DNA of 64,000 nucleotides from Bacteroidota bacterium (lineage in GTDB: Bacteria; Bacteroidota; Bacteroidia; Bacteroidales; UBA7960): NCBI GenBank assembly GCA_007693555.1, contig REDJ01000137.1, forward strand, positions 85 through 64,084. Direction: 5' to 3'. The stretch's first letter is position 1, and each line of letters opens with the position of its first letter. This document shows positions 38,536 through 47,261 of this stretch, piece by piece. The position numbers and the translations under genes are program-made. Below the pieces are notes generated by a model. The model was not told the DNA's origin, made no database searches, and saw only the letters and a list, made by a program, of their open reading frames with translations.

Positions 38536-39261
38536 ATGATGGAAAAACAGGAATTGATCAGGCTGGATAAACTTACCAAGCATTATTATGTGGGAGCAGA
38601 AGTGGTACGCGCACTGCAGCAGGTTTCCATTTCCATGTACAAAAATGAATACATTGCCCTTATGGGTCCATCAGGATCGGGAAAATCCACCCTAATGAAT
38701 ATATTAGGTTGTCTTGACTCCCCAACTTCCGGAAATTATATCCTGAATGGTAATCTGGTCAGTAAATTGGTTGATAATCAGCTTGCAGAAATAAGAAACA
38801 AGGAAATAGGTTTTGTATTTCAAACTTTTAACCTGCTGCCACGGTCCACTGCCCTCGATAATGTTGCTCTTCCTCTGATATATGCAGGTATCAGCAAAGC
38901 AGAGCGCGAAAAAAGAGCCCTGACAGTACTTGACCAGGTTGGTTTGTCTGACAGAGTGCACCATAAACCCAATGAACTCTCCGGAGGTCAGCGACAAAGA
39001 GTAGCCGTTGCAAGAGCCCTGGTAAATAATCCTTCAATCATTCTGGCGGACGAGCCAACAGGAAACCTGGACTCCAAAACTTCTGTTGAAATTATGGGCC
39101 TGTTTCAGGAAATTCATGAAGCAGGTAATACAGTAATTGTAGTGACCCACGAAGAAAGCATTGCCATGCATGCCCGTCGCGTCATAAAACTTTGGGACGG
39201 TGAGGTTGAATCAGATACAATCAATCCCAATCCCCAAAAAGTTATGGCAAATTTAAAATAA
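38536..39261 (+). CDS. ABC transporter ATP-binding protein (MacB/LolD-type ATPase)
   Basis: 241 aa. Walker [11 protein letters not shown]-loop, signature LSGGQRQR, Walker [12 protein letters not shown]. No permease gene is adjacent. Confidence 0.9.
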   Translation: MMEKQELIRLDKLTKHYYVGAEVVRALQQVSISMYKNEYIALMGPSGSGKSTLMNILGCLDSPTSGNYILNGNLVSKLVDNQLAEIRNKEIGFVFQTFNLLPRSTALDNVALPLIYAGISKAEREKRALTVLDQVGLSDRVHHKPNELSGGQRQRVAVARALVNNPSIILADEPTGNLDSKTSVEIMGLFQEIHEAGNTVIVVTHEESIAMHARRVIKLWDGEVESDTINPNPQKVMANLK

Positions 39262-39345
39262 TGATAAATGTCCCTTGTGAACATTCCCGGTTATCTTAAC
39301 GTTTCCTAACAAATAAATACTAAATTCAATTAAGAAGTAATTGTA

Positions 39346-39909
39346 ATGGATAACTGGAAAATATATACCAAAACAGGTGACAAGGGCGAGACTTCGCTCA
39401 TCGGTGGGCGCAGGGTTCCCAAGCATCACATGCGTATTGAAGCTTACGGTACTGTCGATGAATTAAATTCGTTTGTGGGTCTTATCAGAGATCATGACAT
39501 CGATCCCTATTATAAAACTGTTTTGCTCAGGATTCAGGAATGTCTTTTTATTGCAGAATCTTTGCTGGCAAAGGATGAAAAAGCTGAAAAGGTGAAGCTT
39601 CCCTGCCTTAAGGAAAGTGATATTACCCTGCTGGAAGAAGAAATGGATCGCATGAACGAAGAACTCCCTGAATTGCATAATTTTATTCTCCCCGGCGGAC
39701 ACGTAGTGGCATCACATGCCCATGTGGCACGAACTATATGCCGGCGGGCAGAAAGAATAATCATTGCACTGGCTGAAAAGATGCCCGTGCAGGAAATAAT
39801 TATACGCTACATGAACCGATTGTCCGACTACTTTTTTGTACTGGCTCGGAAGCTTGCACAAGATAAAGGTGCTTCAGACATACTATGGAAAGCAAGAGCC
39901 TGCGAATAA
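39346..39909 (+). CDS. ATP:cob(I)alamin adenosyltransferase, PduO type
   Basis: 187 aa. N-terminus IYTKTGDKGETSL and RIEAYGTVDELNS, typical of PduO-type transferases. Confidence 0.85.
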   Translation: MDNWKIYTKTGDKGETSLIGGRRVPKHHMRIEAYGTVDELNSFVGLIRDHDIDPYYKTVLLRIQECLFIAESLLAKDEKAEKVKLPCLKESDITLLEEEMDRMNEELPELHNFILPGGHVVASHAHVARTICRRAERIIIALAEKMPVQEIIIRYMNRLSDYFFVLARKLAQDKGASDILWKARACE

Positions 39910-40012
39910 ACATCCGCAGGCTCTTTCAATCTAACTACTTGTATTACGGAACAATTTCCCTTTTGTCCCTCTGTCGTCAATAAAAAAATCGGGTTTCCCC
40001 AAATTTCAATTC

Positions 40013-40807
40013 TTATCTGGTTACAACACGATTGGTATCCCTGTCGCGTGCCTGTATTATATACCCCACATTAAAACCGGTACTGAAAAAATGATCATAG
40101 CGTGTGCTGTAAGGTCTTCTGAATCCATCAAGATAGTCGAAAAATGTGTACCGGAAATTCATATCAAACCCCAGAACCCAGTTTCTGTTTACAGTCCATT
40201 TTAATCCTGCACCAAAAGGTATTGCAAATTGCCAGTTATTATAGAGATCGCCTGCATTGAGCAGTTCATAATCATAATCATCAATTACCGGCCCGTTGAT
40301 ATCCGGGTTATGGTAAAATGCTGACATTCCTGCAAAGAAATAAATGTCAAACCAGAATACTTTCAGATAGGATTTGGGATCGGCTATTTTTCTGGGCAAA
40401 AAGTACTCGCCATAAGCAGCCAGCTCAAACAGGTTGTTGCTAAAGGACTTACCCCTTTCGGCAATAGCCGATTCCGGCGACCAGGCATCATCACCTCTGA
40501 GCATCAGGGCACTGAATGTACTTCTCACAGCCCAGCTGCGGCCACTGTGATAGCGGCCGTAAAGAGAAATACCCGGAGAAAACCCATTGGGATATACATC
40601 CAGCCATGAGGATTGCTGATTGGGCCGGCTTGAAGCAATATCAGTAAGCGCATTTACCATACCGATTCCCAGACCTGCTTCAATGCTTGCTCCGGGCAAC
40701 ACGTAATCGCGATAACTCATAATGCGTGGGTTACGCGAGTTGAATTGTGCATGCAAAACTGTAAAACAGGCGCACAGAAAAACAAAAAGTGTAATTTTTT
40801 TCTTCAT
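40013..40807 (-). CDS. Outer-membrane beta-barrel protein (DUF6089-like)
   Basis: 264 aa with a signal peptide. Alternating aromatic/Gly beta-strand pattern; the specific DUF assignment is from memory. Confidence 0.55.
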   Translation of the reverse strand: MKKKITLFVFLCACFTVLHAQFNSRNPRIMSYRDYVLPGASIEAGLGIGMVNALTDIASSRPNQQSSWLDVYPNGFSPGISLYGRYHSGRSWAVRSTFSALMLRGDDAWSPESAIAERGKSFSNNLFELAAYGEYFLPRKIADPKSYLKVFWFDIYFFAGMSAFYHNPDINGPVIDDYDYELLNAGDLYNNWQFAIPFGAGLKWTVNRNWVLGFDMNFRYTFFDYLDGFRRPYSTRYDHFFSTGFNVGYIIQARDRDTNRVVTR

Positions 40808-41003
40808 AGCCTTAACTTTTTGTCAGCACTAAAAAATTATTAATACAGCGTTTTTCCTGACATATTAAGTTGATTGTAAAATTATAGAATGTAGATATGC
40901 CCGGCAATAAGTGAGTTTGCGCGTTTTTGTACCGTAGAAATACGTGGTTTTATGGGTTAAGGGTAAAAATTGAAAAGTATTTTTGTAGTTTTTAAAAAAG
41001 CAT

Positions 41004-41011
41004 TACTTTTG
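41004..41011 (+). promoter_or_regulatory. Bacteroidota -7 promoter box TACTTTTG for tRNA-Pro
   Basis: TAnnTTTG match ending 14 nt before the first tRNA nucleotide. A second box, TATTTTTG, lies about 26 nt further upstream. Confidence 0.45.
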
Positions 41012-41025
41012 CAGAGCAAAAAAAT

Positions 41026-41099
41026 CGGGGTGTGGCGCAGTTGGCTAGCGCACTTGCATGGGGTGCAAGGGGTCGGAAGTTCGAGTCTTCTCACCCCGA
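41026..41099 (+). tRNA. tRNA-Pro (anticodon GGG)
   Basis: Hand-folded cloverleaf. Acceptor CGGGGTG/CACCCCG (C1:G72, as in bacterial tRNA-Pro). D-arm GCGC-AGTTGGCTA-GCGC. Anticodon arm CTTGC-ATGGGGT-GCAAG (U33, GGG, G37). T-arm GGAAG-TTCGAGT-CTTCT. Discriminator A; CCA is not encoded. Confidence 0.9.
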
Positions 41100-41105
41100 C
41101 TAAGC

Positions 41106-41146
41106 AAAACCGCAATCAGTTAATTTTTAACGGATTGCGGTTTTTT
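41106..41146 (+). terminator. Intrinsic terminator after tRNA-Pro (possibly bidirectional)
   Basis: 9-bp stem ACCGCAATC / GATTGCGGT (41109-41117 / 41133-41141) followed by TTTTTT. An A-run on the 5' side could serve the convergent minus-strand gene. Confidence 0.7.
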
Positions 41147-41196
41147 ATTTCAGAGTGTGGACAAAATATGGATTAAAACCCAAATTAAAACTCTAT

Positions 41197-41502
41197 TTAA
41201 CGCTTGCTGATCTTATTCATTGAAATGTTTTTCTGGCGGCTGGATTTAAAACGATTGATTTCGGGATTTCTTTTTTTTGCATGTTTTTGACTCGGCCCAC
41301 TATGAACTCTTTGCCGCCATAAATTAAAACTGCTGCGTTTTAATTCTCTGCGCATCAACGCAATTACATCCGCTTCAGCGAAGCCAAATTGTATTTTAAT
41401 CGCTTCAAAGGGTGTTCGATCTTCCCAGGCCATTTCAATAATTCTGTCAATATCATTTTGTTCCATCATCCATTTAATCTTTTGCAGGTGTTTAATAAGC
41501 AA
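41197..41502 (-). CDS. TIGR03643/DUF2805 family protein
   Basis: 101-aa ORF with the DUF2805-like core IIEMAWEDRTPFEAIKIQFG. The true start is probably an internal Met (MMEQND). Confidence 0.6.
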   Translation of the reverse strand: MLIKHLQKIKWMMEQNDIDRIIEMAWEDRTPFEAIKIQFGFAEADVIALMRRELKRSSFNLWRQRVHSGPSQKHAKKRNPEINRFKSSRQKNISMNKISKR

Positions 41503-41511
41503 TCTTAAAAA

Positions 41512-41862
41512 TCAATCAGGATTAAGGTTCAATGATGCAATGAAAATATAGGAATTTAAGACCATAAAAACCAAAGCAGGTATTGAAACCCAAAGACTAT
41601 CTTTAACTTTTAACCTGACAATTACGCCCATAAACATTAATAATGCAAGTCCTCCGGATGAGATCAGCAAAATAGAATTAATCCATAAACCTACAAGTAA
41701 ACCTATCGCTCCGATTATTTCTAAAATTGCTATCAAGATTCCTAATCTTCCAAGTCCAAAGCGAATGAATTCACTTTTCATATACGGAGAAATGAAATAT
41801 GAAATACCGTAAGCTAAAAAGGACAAACTCGAAATAAGAATGAGGAAATCCAGGATACGCAT
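41512..41862 (-). CDS. DoxX-like family membrane protein
   Basis: 116 aa, four TM helices, paralogous in layout to the upstream gene. Confidence 0.55.
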   Translation of the reverse strand: MRILDFLILISSLSFLAYGISYFISPYMKSEFIRFGLGRLGILIAILEIIGAIGLLVGLWINSILLISSGGLALLMFMGVIVRLKVKDSLWVSIPALVFMVLNSYIFIASLNLNPD

Positions 41863-42212
41863 CAGGGAATAATATTTAAAGATACCGCAGCAATAAAAAG
41901 AGATAGCAGCATAAGAAAAAACGAAGGAATTCTCTTATTCCAGGGGTTATTTACTTTGTAATGAAAATACTGCGCGCTTAACATAAGGAAAGCCATAATA
42001 AGTGCAGGAACAGGAACCAGCGCAGGATACCAGATACCTGCAACCAGCAATGTTGCCAATACTATTTTGCTGGTTCCAACCATGGTTCGGGTTAGATCGC
42101 TCAGTTCATACTGTTTAAATTCTTTTACAATATTATCAAAACGAAATACCCATACAATTAATATGGAAACTGCTAATACCAGTTGTGCTAAAATCAGGAG
42201 ATTTGTCATCAT
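41862..42212 (-). CDS. DoxX-like family membrane protein
   Basis: 116 aa, four TM helices. Its stop overlaps the start of the downstream paralog by 1 nt. Confidence 0.55.
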   Translation of the reverse strand: MMTNLLILAQLVLAVSILIVWVFRFDNIVKEFKQYELSDLTRTMVGTSKIVLATLLVAGIWYPALVPVPALIMAFLMLSAQYFHYKVNNPWNKRIPSFFLMLLSLFIAAVSLNIIP

Positions 42213-42833
42213 ATCTTTTGTTTTTACTTATTTTATTTGTAATATACTATCCCGTTTTTAATGTGGGTTCCGAACTTAACATAATTCTTCAATATTAATT
42301 CTGAAGTTTTTGATTAAAAGATAATCGAAGGAGAAAACACTATATTCAACTTATTCTAGTCCAATATTTTAAAATGTGATGCATTTACCTGGCCTTACCA
42401 TCGTTTGTTTTTTAATTGGTAATTCAGAATATCCATTATAAGACAAAAAATATTGCTTTTTGTTTCTAAGAGTATAAAAAAGTTTAACATGAGATATTTT
42501 GAAGTAAAAAACCTGAACTGTGAATTAAATGGTCCAGAATATCATTGTAGAATTAAACCGGTAAGGATTGATAAATATATTAATACTGTTTATTTATTTT
42601 TATCAACATTTAAACATTAAGGCATAACAACACTTTGTTTTTCTTCCTGCCATCCTTTTATTGTTTTATTTATAAATTACCTAATCTAATTACTAAAATA
42701 AATACATCTTCTTAACTCAAAACACACAAGCAGAAATACATTGTTTAATTTTTATCTTATTTTATTGAACATTAATTAATACTACCTGTTTACAAAGTAT
42801 TACAATTTTTTACAAATTTAAAATGAAAGAAAA

Positions 42834-43340
42834 ATGAAAAAATTAAATCTGATTCTGCTTGCTCTTGTAGTATCGTTTAGTGCATTCAGTCAACAAAAAG
42901 ATGTAGTGGATATTGCAATCAGTTCACCTGATCATACCACATTAGTAGCTGCTGTGCAGGCTGCTGATTTAGTAGAAACATTGAAAAGTGCAGGTCCATT
43001 TACAGTATTTGCTCCAACTAACGAAGCTTTTGATAAGCTACCTGAAGGAACCGTTGCAACTTTGCTTAAGCCTGAGAATAAGGCTACACTGACTAAAATT
43101 TTAACCTACCATGTTGTTAGCGGCAATCTTGACGCTGCTGCAGTAGTTGCTGCAATCGAAAAAGGTAATGGAAAAGTAGTATTAACAACTATAAGTGGTG
43201 GTAAATTAACTGCTTCCTTAGACAGAGATAGAGTTAAACTGACTGACGAATCAGGAAATTCAGCATTTGTAACTGCTGTTGACCTTAAAGGTTCTAACGG
43301 AGTGATCCATGTAATTGATGGAGTGGTTCTTCCCAATTAA
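42834..43340 (+). CDS. Fasciclin (FAS1) domain protein, secreted
   Basis: 168 aa with a signal peptide. FAS1 motifs TVFAPTNEAFDKLP and GVIHVIDGVVLP. Confidence 0.9.
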   Translation: MKKLNLILLALVVSFSAFSQQKDVVDIAISSPDHTTLVAAVQAADLVETLKSAGPFTVFAPTNEAFDKLPEGTVATLLKPENKATLTKILTYHVVSGNLDAAAVVAAIEKGNGKVVLTTISGGKLTASLDRDRVKLTDESGNSAFVTAVDLKGSNGVIHVIDGVVLPN

Positions 43341-43363
43341 ATAATACTGGAGTTATTCAGATT

Positions 43364-43399
43364 AAAAAAAGCTCTCTGTTCATTCAGGGAGCTTTTTTT
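43364..43399. terminator. Bidirectional intrinsic terminator between the fasciclin and GH16 genes
   Basis: 8-bp stem AGCTCTCT / AGGGAGCT with one G:T pair (43370-43377 / 43386-43393), flanked by AAAAAAA and TTTTTTT. Confidence 0.7.
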
Positions 43400-43459
43400 A
43401 ATTACGCTAACTGCAAGATGATAAGGCAATGCAGTAGATTGGACCTTTGCGATTGCAAA

Positions 43460-45073
43460 TTACTTTTTTATGACTTTAAAAGTTTGATTAAAGCGATTCC
43501 CCCTGTGTTGGAATAAATAAATTCCAGGCGACCAATCCGACATATCTACAAATATTTCTTCAGAATTGATGATCATTGATTTTAACAATCTGCCCTGTAA
43601 ATCATAAATGAAAACGTTGCTGCCCAGTGCTTCTGACTGACTTCTAATGGAAACCGTTGTATTTACCGGATTGGGTGAAACTATCAGTTTCGATTCTAAA
43701 TGAACTTCAGCTATACTCGTTGTTGTGCTTTCCTGGTAAACCCTAACATAATCAATTTCCATTGCGCTTTCAGTGAAGTTGGGGTCTATGTTTGGTATAA
43801 TAGCAATATTTAAAAGCAAATACTGATCTTCATCAAACGGCCAGGTGTCTGGATTCTGTTCATGGGGGTGATAAGTATAATGCACCACATCATCCACACT
43901 GAAAACCATCCTGTCGGGATACCAGTCTAAGGCATATACATGAAATTCTGTGGATGCAGTAGGAATTACCTGACCGCCGTGATTAACTGTTCCGCCATAA
44001 CTTGATGGGGTATGCATAGCACTTTGCACATAATTCTGATTACTTCCCCAATGCTCCATAATGTCAATCTCCCCGCAAGCCGGCCAGTCGGTGGTGCCAT
44101 AACCTTCAATATACCAGTAAGCTCCGATTTCATTTATATTTTTTCCCAACATCCAGATGGCCGGCCAGGTGCCAACACCTGTGGGAAGTTTTGCTTTTAC
44201 CTCTACACGCCCATAAGTAAATGCAAATTTTGAGTTTAACCGGGCTGAGGTATATTGTTTGGTAACTCCCTGATCCGTAAATTCCTCTTTTTTGGCAACC
44301 AGGTACATTATGCCATCCTCAACAAATGAATTCTCCAGTCTGTCGGTATAATGCTGGATTTCCCCGTTAAACCAGCTATCGCCATTGGGTAGTAAGGTTT
44401 GATGAAACCATTTTGAAGCATCCAGGGCACCATCTTCGTCAAATTCATCATACCAAACCAATTTATCGTAAACAGGATCATCCGTTTCCTCCTGCTCTTC
44501 TCCTTCAAAATAAAAATCATCAATATAGGCCAAAACCTCATCTGTATTATTTTCACCATTGACCTGGAGCACAACCCTGTTAAAATCGTTTCTTTGGCTT
44601 GGTGGTGGCGAATTTGGATCCAGATTAATATAAGTATCATTTACAAAATCAAAGGTAACTTCCTGCCATTCATCCAGACTTATGGGCTTAATAATTTCAC
44701 TTTGGGTAGACCATGGCTGACCCAGGTTTGCATTTTGAAGTTTCAATGAAATCTGATTGGGTTGATTCCCGGTAATTCCATCTGATGGTACATAAATTTT
44801 TAAGCTAAAGGGAGTATCATCAGAAATATTGATAATCCATGGAGAATCAAATCCCACATTGGCATAAAGCCCACCCGTATCCTGGTATCTTAAAACAGTT
44901 GCAGAAGGGTTAATGGAATCGATAAAGGGATTTGCATAGGAGATATCCATTAAACAGTCGTCAGCATACCAGGTGTCGATGGTTGAATTGCCTTCAAAAT
45001 CATCTTTCAGGATTTGTGAGAAACCTGTAAAAAATAAAAGAAGAAATAGTTGAATAATAATAATCTTGCGCAT
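43460..45073 (-). CDS. Glycoside hydrolase family 16 (beta-glucanase/laminarinase-like) with T9SS C-terminal sorting domain
   Basis: 537 aa with a signal peptide. GH16 catalytic motif GEIDIMEHWG. C-terminal roughly 75 aa of T9SS type-A CTD pattern (VSPNPVNTTVSI ... GIYLFQ). Confidence 0.85.
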   Translation of the reverse strand: MRKIIIIQLFLLLFFTGFSQILKDDFEGNSTIDTWYADDCLMDISYANPFIDSINPSATVLRYQDTGGLYANVGFDSPWIINISDDTPFSLKIYVPSDGITGNQPNQISLKLQNANLGQPWSTQSEIIKPISLDEWQEVTFDFVNDTYINLDPNSPPPSQRNDFNRVVLQVNGENNTDEVLAYIDDFYFEGEEQEETDDPVYDKLVWYDEFDEDGALDASKWFHQTLLPNGDSWFNGEIQHYTDRLENSFVEDGIMYLVAKKEEFTDQGVTKQYTSARLNSKFAFTYGRVEVKAKLPTGVGTWPAIWMLGKNINEIGAYWYIEGYGTTDWPACGEIDIMEHWGSNQNYVQSAMHTPSSYGGTVNHGGQVIPTASTEFHVYALDWYPDRMVFSVDDVVHYTYHPHEQNPDTWPFDEDQYLLLNIAIIPNIDPNFTESAMEIDYVRVYQESTTTSIAEVHLESKLIVSPNPVNTTVSIRSQSEALGSNVFIYDLQGRLLKSMIINSEEIFVDMSDWSPGIYLFQHRGNRFNQTFKVIKK

Positions 45074-45565
45074 ATTGTTTATTTAAATAATGAATAGATA
45101 CGACTCTTAAACCAGATAGTTGTTCTTTAAGAGATCATTTAAGATGGTGGGTTTGCAGGGTGGGCAAAAGAAATAGATTTATAATCTTTCTGTGCTGAGC
45201 AAACGAGTAACCAAACATGTAATATTTGGTCAAATATAAGGACTTTTGTACAAAAATAAACCTTCAGAGTCGCTCAAATTATTTCAAGCCTGGTTATAAT
45301 CTCCGGAAATTACCTCTGAATTTTCATAAAGCGGATCCAAATCCAGTTCCGGAACAATTTCACCGGGCTTAGTAAGAAGAGAAATTAAATAATTTATAAT
45401 TTCTGTCCAGATTTCTCAGACCACCACAACAGCAGGTAGTTGCGTTTTTTAATTATAAAAACCTATTGCCCCCGGTTCACTTTTTTCAACGATTTGTATT
45501 ACATTCGCAAAACAAAATAGATCCAAAACACCTTAAATAAATACCTTATAACTAATAATTTTTCA

Positions 45566-46030
45566 ATGAATAACTCCAGAGAAAACGCATGGAATTTTGC
45601 CAGTCTATTCCTTTTCTTTGCATTGGTAGCCGTTACAGGCTATTTTATGAAAGCCGGCAATATTGACATCAGAGATATAAGCACTACCGATCTGATCATT
45701 CTTACCCTTGCCATTTACAGGGTTACCCGTGTTGTGGTATTTGAAAAAATATTCAAATATTTCAGAGATTTTGTAAAAACCAATAACCGTGTTTACTTCA
45801 TGCGTACACTCTGTTTTATTATTACCTGCCCCTGGTGTGCCGGAGTATGGATTGCACTTGTAATGGTGGTTTTTTATTATTTTATTCCTTATGGCATTTT
45901 GCTCGTTTACCTGATGGCCCTGTCGGGAGTAGCATCCTATCTTGTAATGTTATCCAATTACCTGGGATTAAGTGTTTATGAGAAAGAGAAAAAGAGGGAT
46001 AAAAAAACAGGAACCAACAATACCTTATAA
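45566..46030 (+). CDS. DUF1360 domain membrane protein
   Basis: 154 aa, 3-4 TM, CPWCAGVW motif characteristic of DUF1360 (from memory). Confidence 0.5.
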   Translation: MNNSRENAWNFASLFLFFALVAVTGYFMKAGNIDIRDISTTDLIILTLAIYRVTRVVVFEKIFKYFRDFVKTNNRVYFMRTLCFIITCPWCAGVWIALVMVVFYYFIPYGILLVYLMALSGVASYLVMLSNYLGLSVYEKEKKRDKKTGTNNTL

Positions 46031-46106
46031 AACAGAAACATGAAGGTTGGTCGATTTTGACTGTGGTAGCTGTAAAAAATTCGCACAAATATAAACAATC
46101 AAGAGC

Positions 46107-46814
46107 TTGAAAAACATCCTGAACTGGATCGCTGAACACGACGAAAAGCTACTTTTTATTATACTCTACATTGTGATTTCGCTGGTGCTGAGCATTGCTG
46201 TTAGTCTGTTCTGGCTGTTGTTTGCGGTGCTGCTGCACCTGGGACTGGAAATTATCCGCCAGAGCAGAAACAAAACAGGCACTAAAACCATTCTCCTGGA
46301 AAGTCTGTGGGAAACCAAGTCCGACTTTGCCCTTGTGGCCTTTGCACTTTGGCTAGTAGTATACCTTGATTTTATTTTCGGAGTCGCCGGATTGGGTGCA
46401 GCCGCTCGTGCCGGTGCACAGGGCTCTTCCCGACTGGGAAGGATTGGTGCCCGCCTGGCAAACTTTGTCACACGCTTCGCAGCCTGGCAAAGGGTGGTAA
46501 GGAGCGTTTTGCTGGCGCTGGATGATTTACTCATCCTGACCCGTATCATACAGAACAGCCGAAGGGCAAAAATCATGAAGAAATACAATGAAAAAAACGG
46601 TACAGAAGACACACCTTTACCCACTCCTGCCCTTGAAACAAAACCCGATCCATACCAATCCTCCTGGTCACAAAAATGGACTTTTGGTGATTATTTCGGG
46701 CTGGGGATGCTGATACTTTTCATTGTACTCGTTCTCACCGCACCATGGATAACCGGGCATACCTATACCGAAATCAGGGGAATCATTGCGGTGGAGTTTA
46801 ATCCGTTTCCATAA
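46107..46814 (+). CDS. Hypothetical membrane protein
   Basis: 235 aa, TTG start in the track. TM helices at both ends and a central Ala/Gly/Arg-rich segment. No family recognised. Confidence 0.45.
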   Translation: MKNILNWIAEHDEKLLFIILYIVISLVLSIAVSLFWLLFAVLLHLGLEIIRQSRNKTGTKTILLESLWETKSDFALVAFALWLVVYLDFIFGVAGLGAAARAGAQGSSRLGRIGARLANFVTRFAAWQRVVRSVLLALDDLLILTRIIQNSRRAKIMKKYNEKNGTEDTPLPTPALETKPDPYQSSWSQKWTFGDYFGLGMLILFIVLVLTAPWITGHTYTEIRGIIAVEFNPFP

Positions 46815-46882
46815 AAATTTCGTGACATGGGGTATGGCCCCACCTGGATTGAATAAATCAGGTAAAATGCTTTTACTTGAAA

Positions 46883-47077
46883 CTATTTATTCTTTGACGG
46901 GTTTTGCCGTGTATCAAAAACCCTGTTAATATAAACACAGGTATTATTCGAATTTATTCGATAAGTAATTTTAATATGTCCTTCAACTAACTTTTTGTCA
47001 TTCCTTTTTAGATGGTTAAACTGTTCATCAGCAGGACCGATTTTTACGAACCTTTTATCTGAAAGTACATTGCTTTG
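46883..47077 (-). pseudogene. RelE/ParE-family toxin remnant (5'-truncated or frameshifted)
   Basis: Hand translation gives a 64-codon stop-free frame with no start codon: ...FVKIGPADEQFNHLKRNDKKLVEGHIKITYRINSNNTCVYINRVFDTRQNPSKNK*. The C-terminal pattern I-x-YRI ... V-x-I-x-RV ... RQ-x-P resembles ParE/RelE toxins. The upstream ATGs are in another frame. Confidence 0.35.
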
Positions 47078-47261
47078 TTAAAAGCTAACATAAATTAGAA
47101 CCCGGCTTGATCAAATATATTTTATGAGATTCTTTTGCAATATAAATGGCACATACAAATAAAAAATCAATATAATTCGCTTGCACGGACGACAGTCCGC
47201 ACCCAACCTTAATATACAAATCACCAGGCGGGTGTGCAAAGATTCCATTCCGGAGGTTTAT

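Noticed and set aside
40970-41176. A 68-aa plus-strand ORF.
   Set aside because: It runs straight through the tRNA-Pro gene (41026-41099) and its terminator, so it is not a protein gene.
42213-42833. A very AT-rich 620-bp gene-free region, considered as a replication origin or mobile-element scar.
   Set aside because: Reading it through, I found no DnaA-box-like TTATCCACA/TGTGGATAA copies, no dnaA or dnaN nearby, and no terminal inverted or direct repeats. It most likely holds the divergent promoters of the DoxX-like and fasciclin genes. A 43-codon ORF (from about 42489) has no support.
45287-45415. A 43-codon stop-free minus-strand frame (EIWTEIINYLISLLTKPGEIVPELDLDPLYENSEVISGDYNQA*), considered as a second gene remnant.
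   Set aside because: It has no start codon and no motif I can assign to a family, and its length is within what chance allows in an intergenic region. It needs a BLASTX or HMM search before any claim.
47181-47239. A possible three-helix RNA structure (TTGCA/TGCAA, GGAC/GTCC, CACCC/GGGTG) just downstream of the lipoprotein gene.
   Set aside because: The helices are only 4-5 bp each, with no U-tract and no comparative support. This is indistinguishable from chance pairing.
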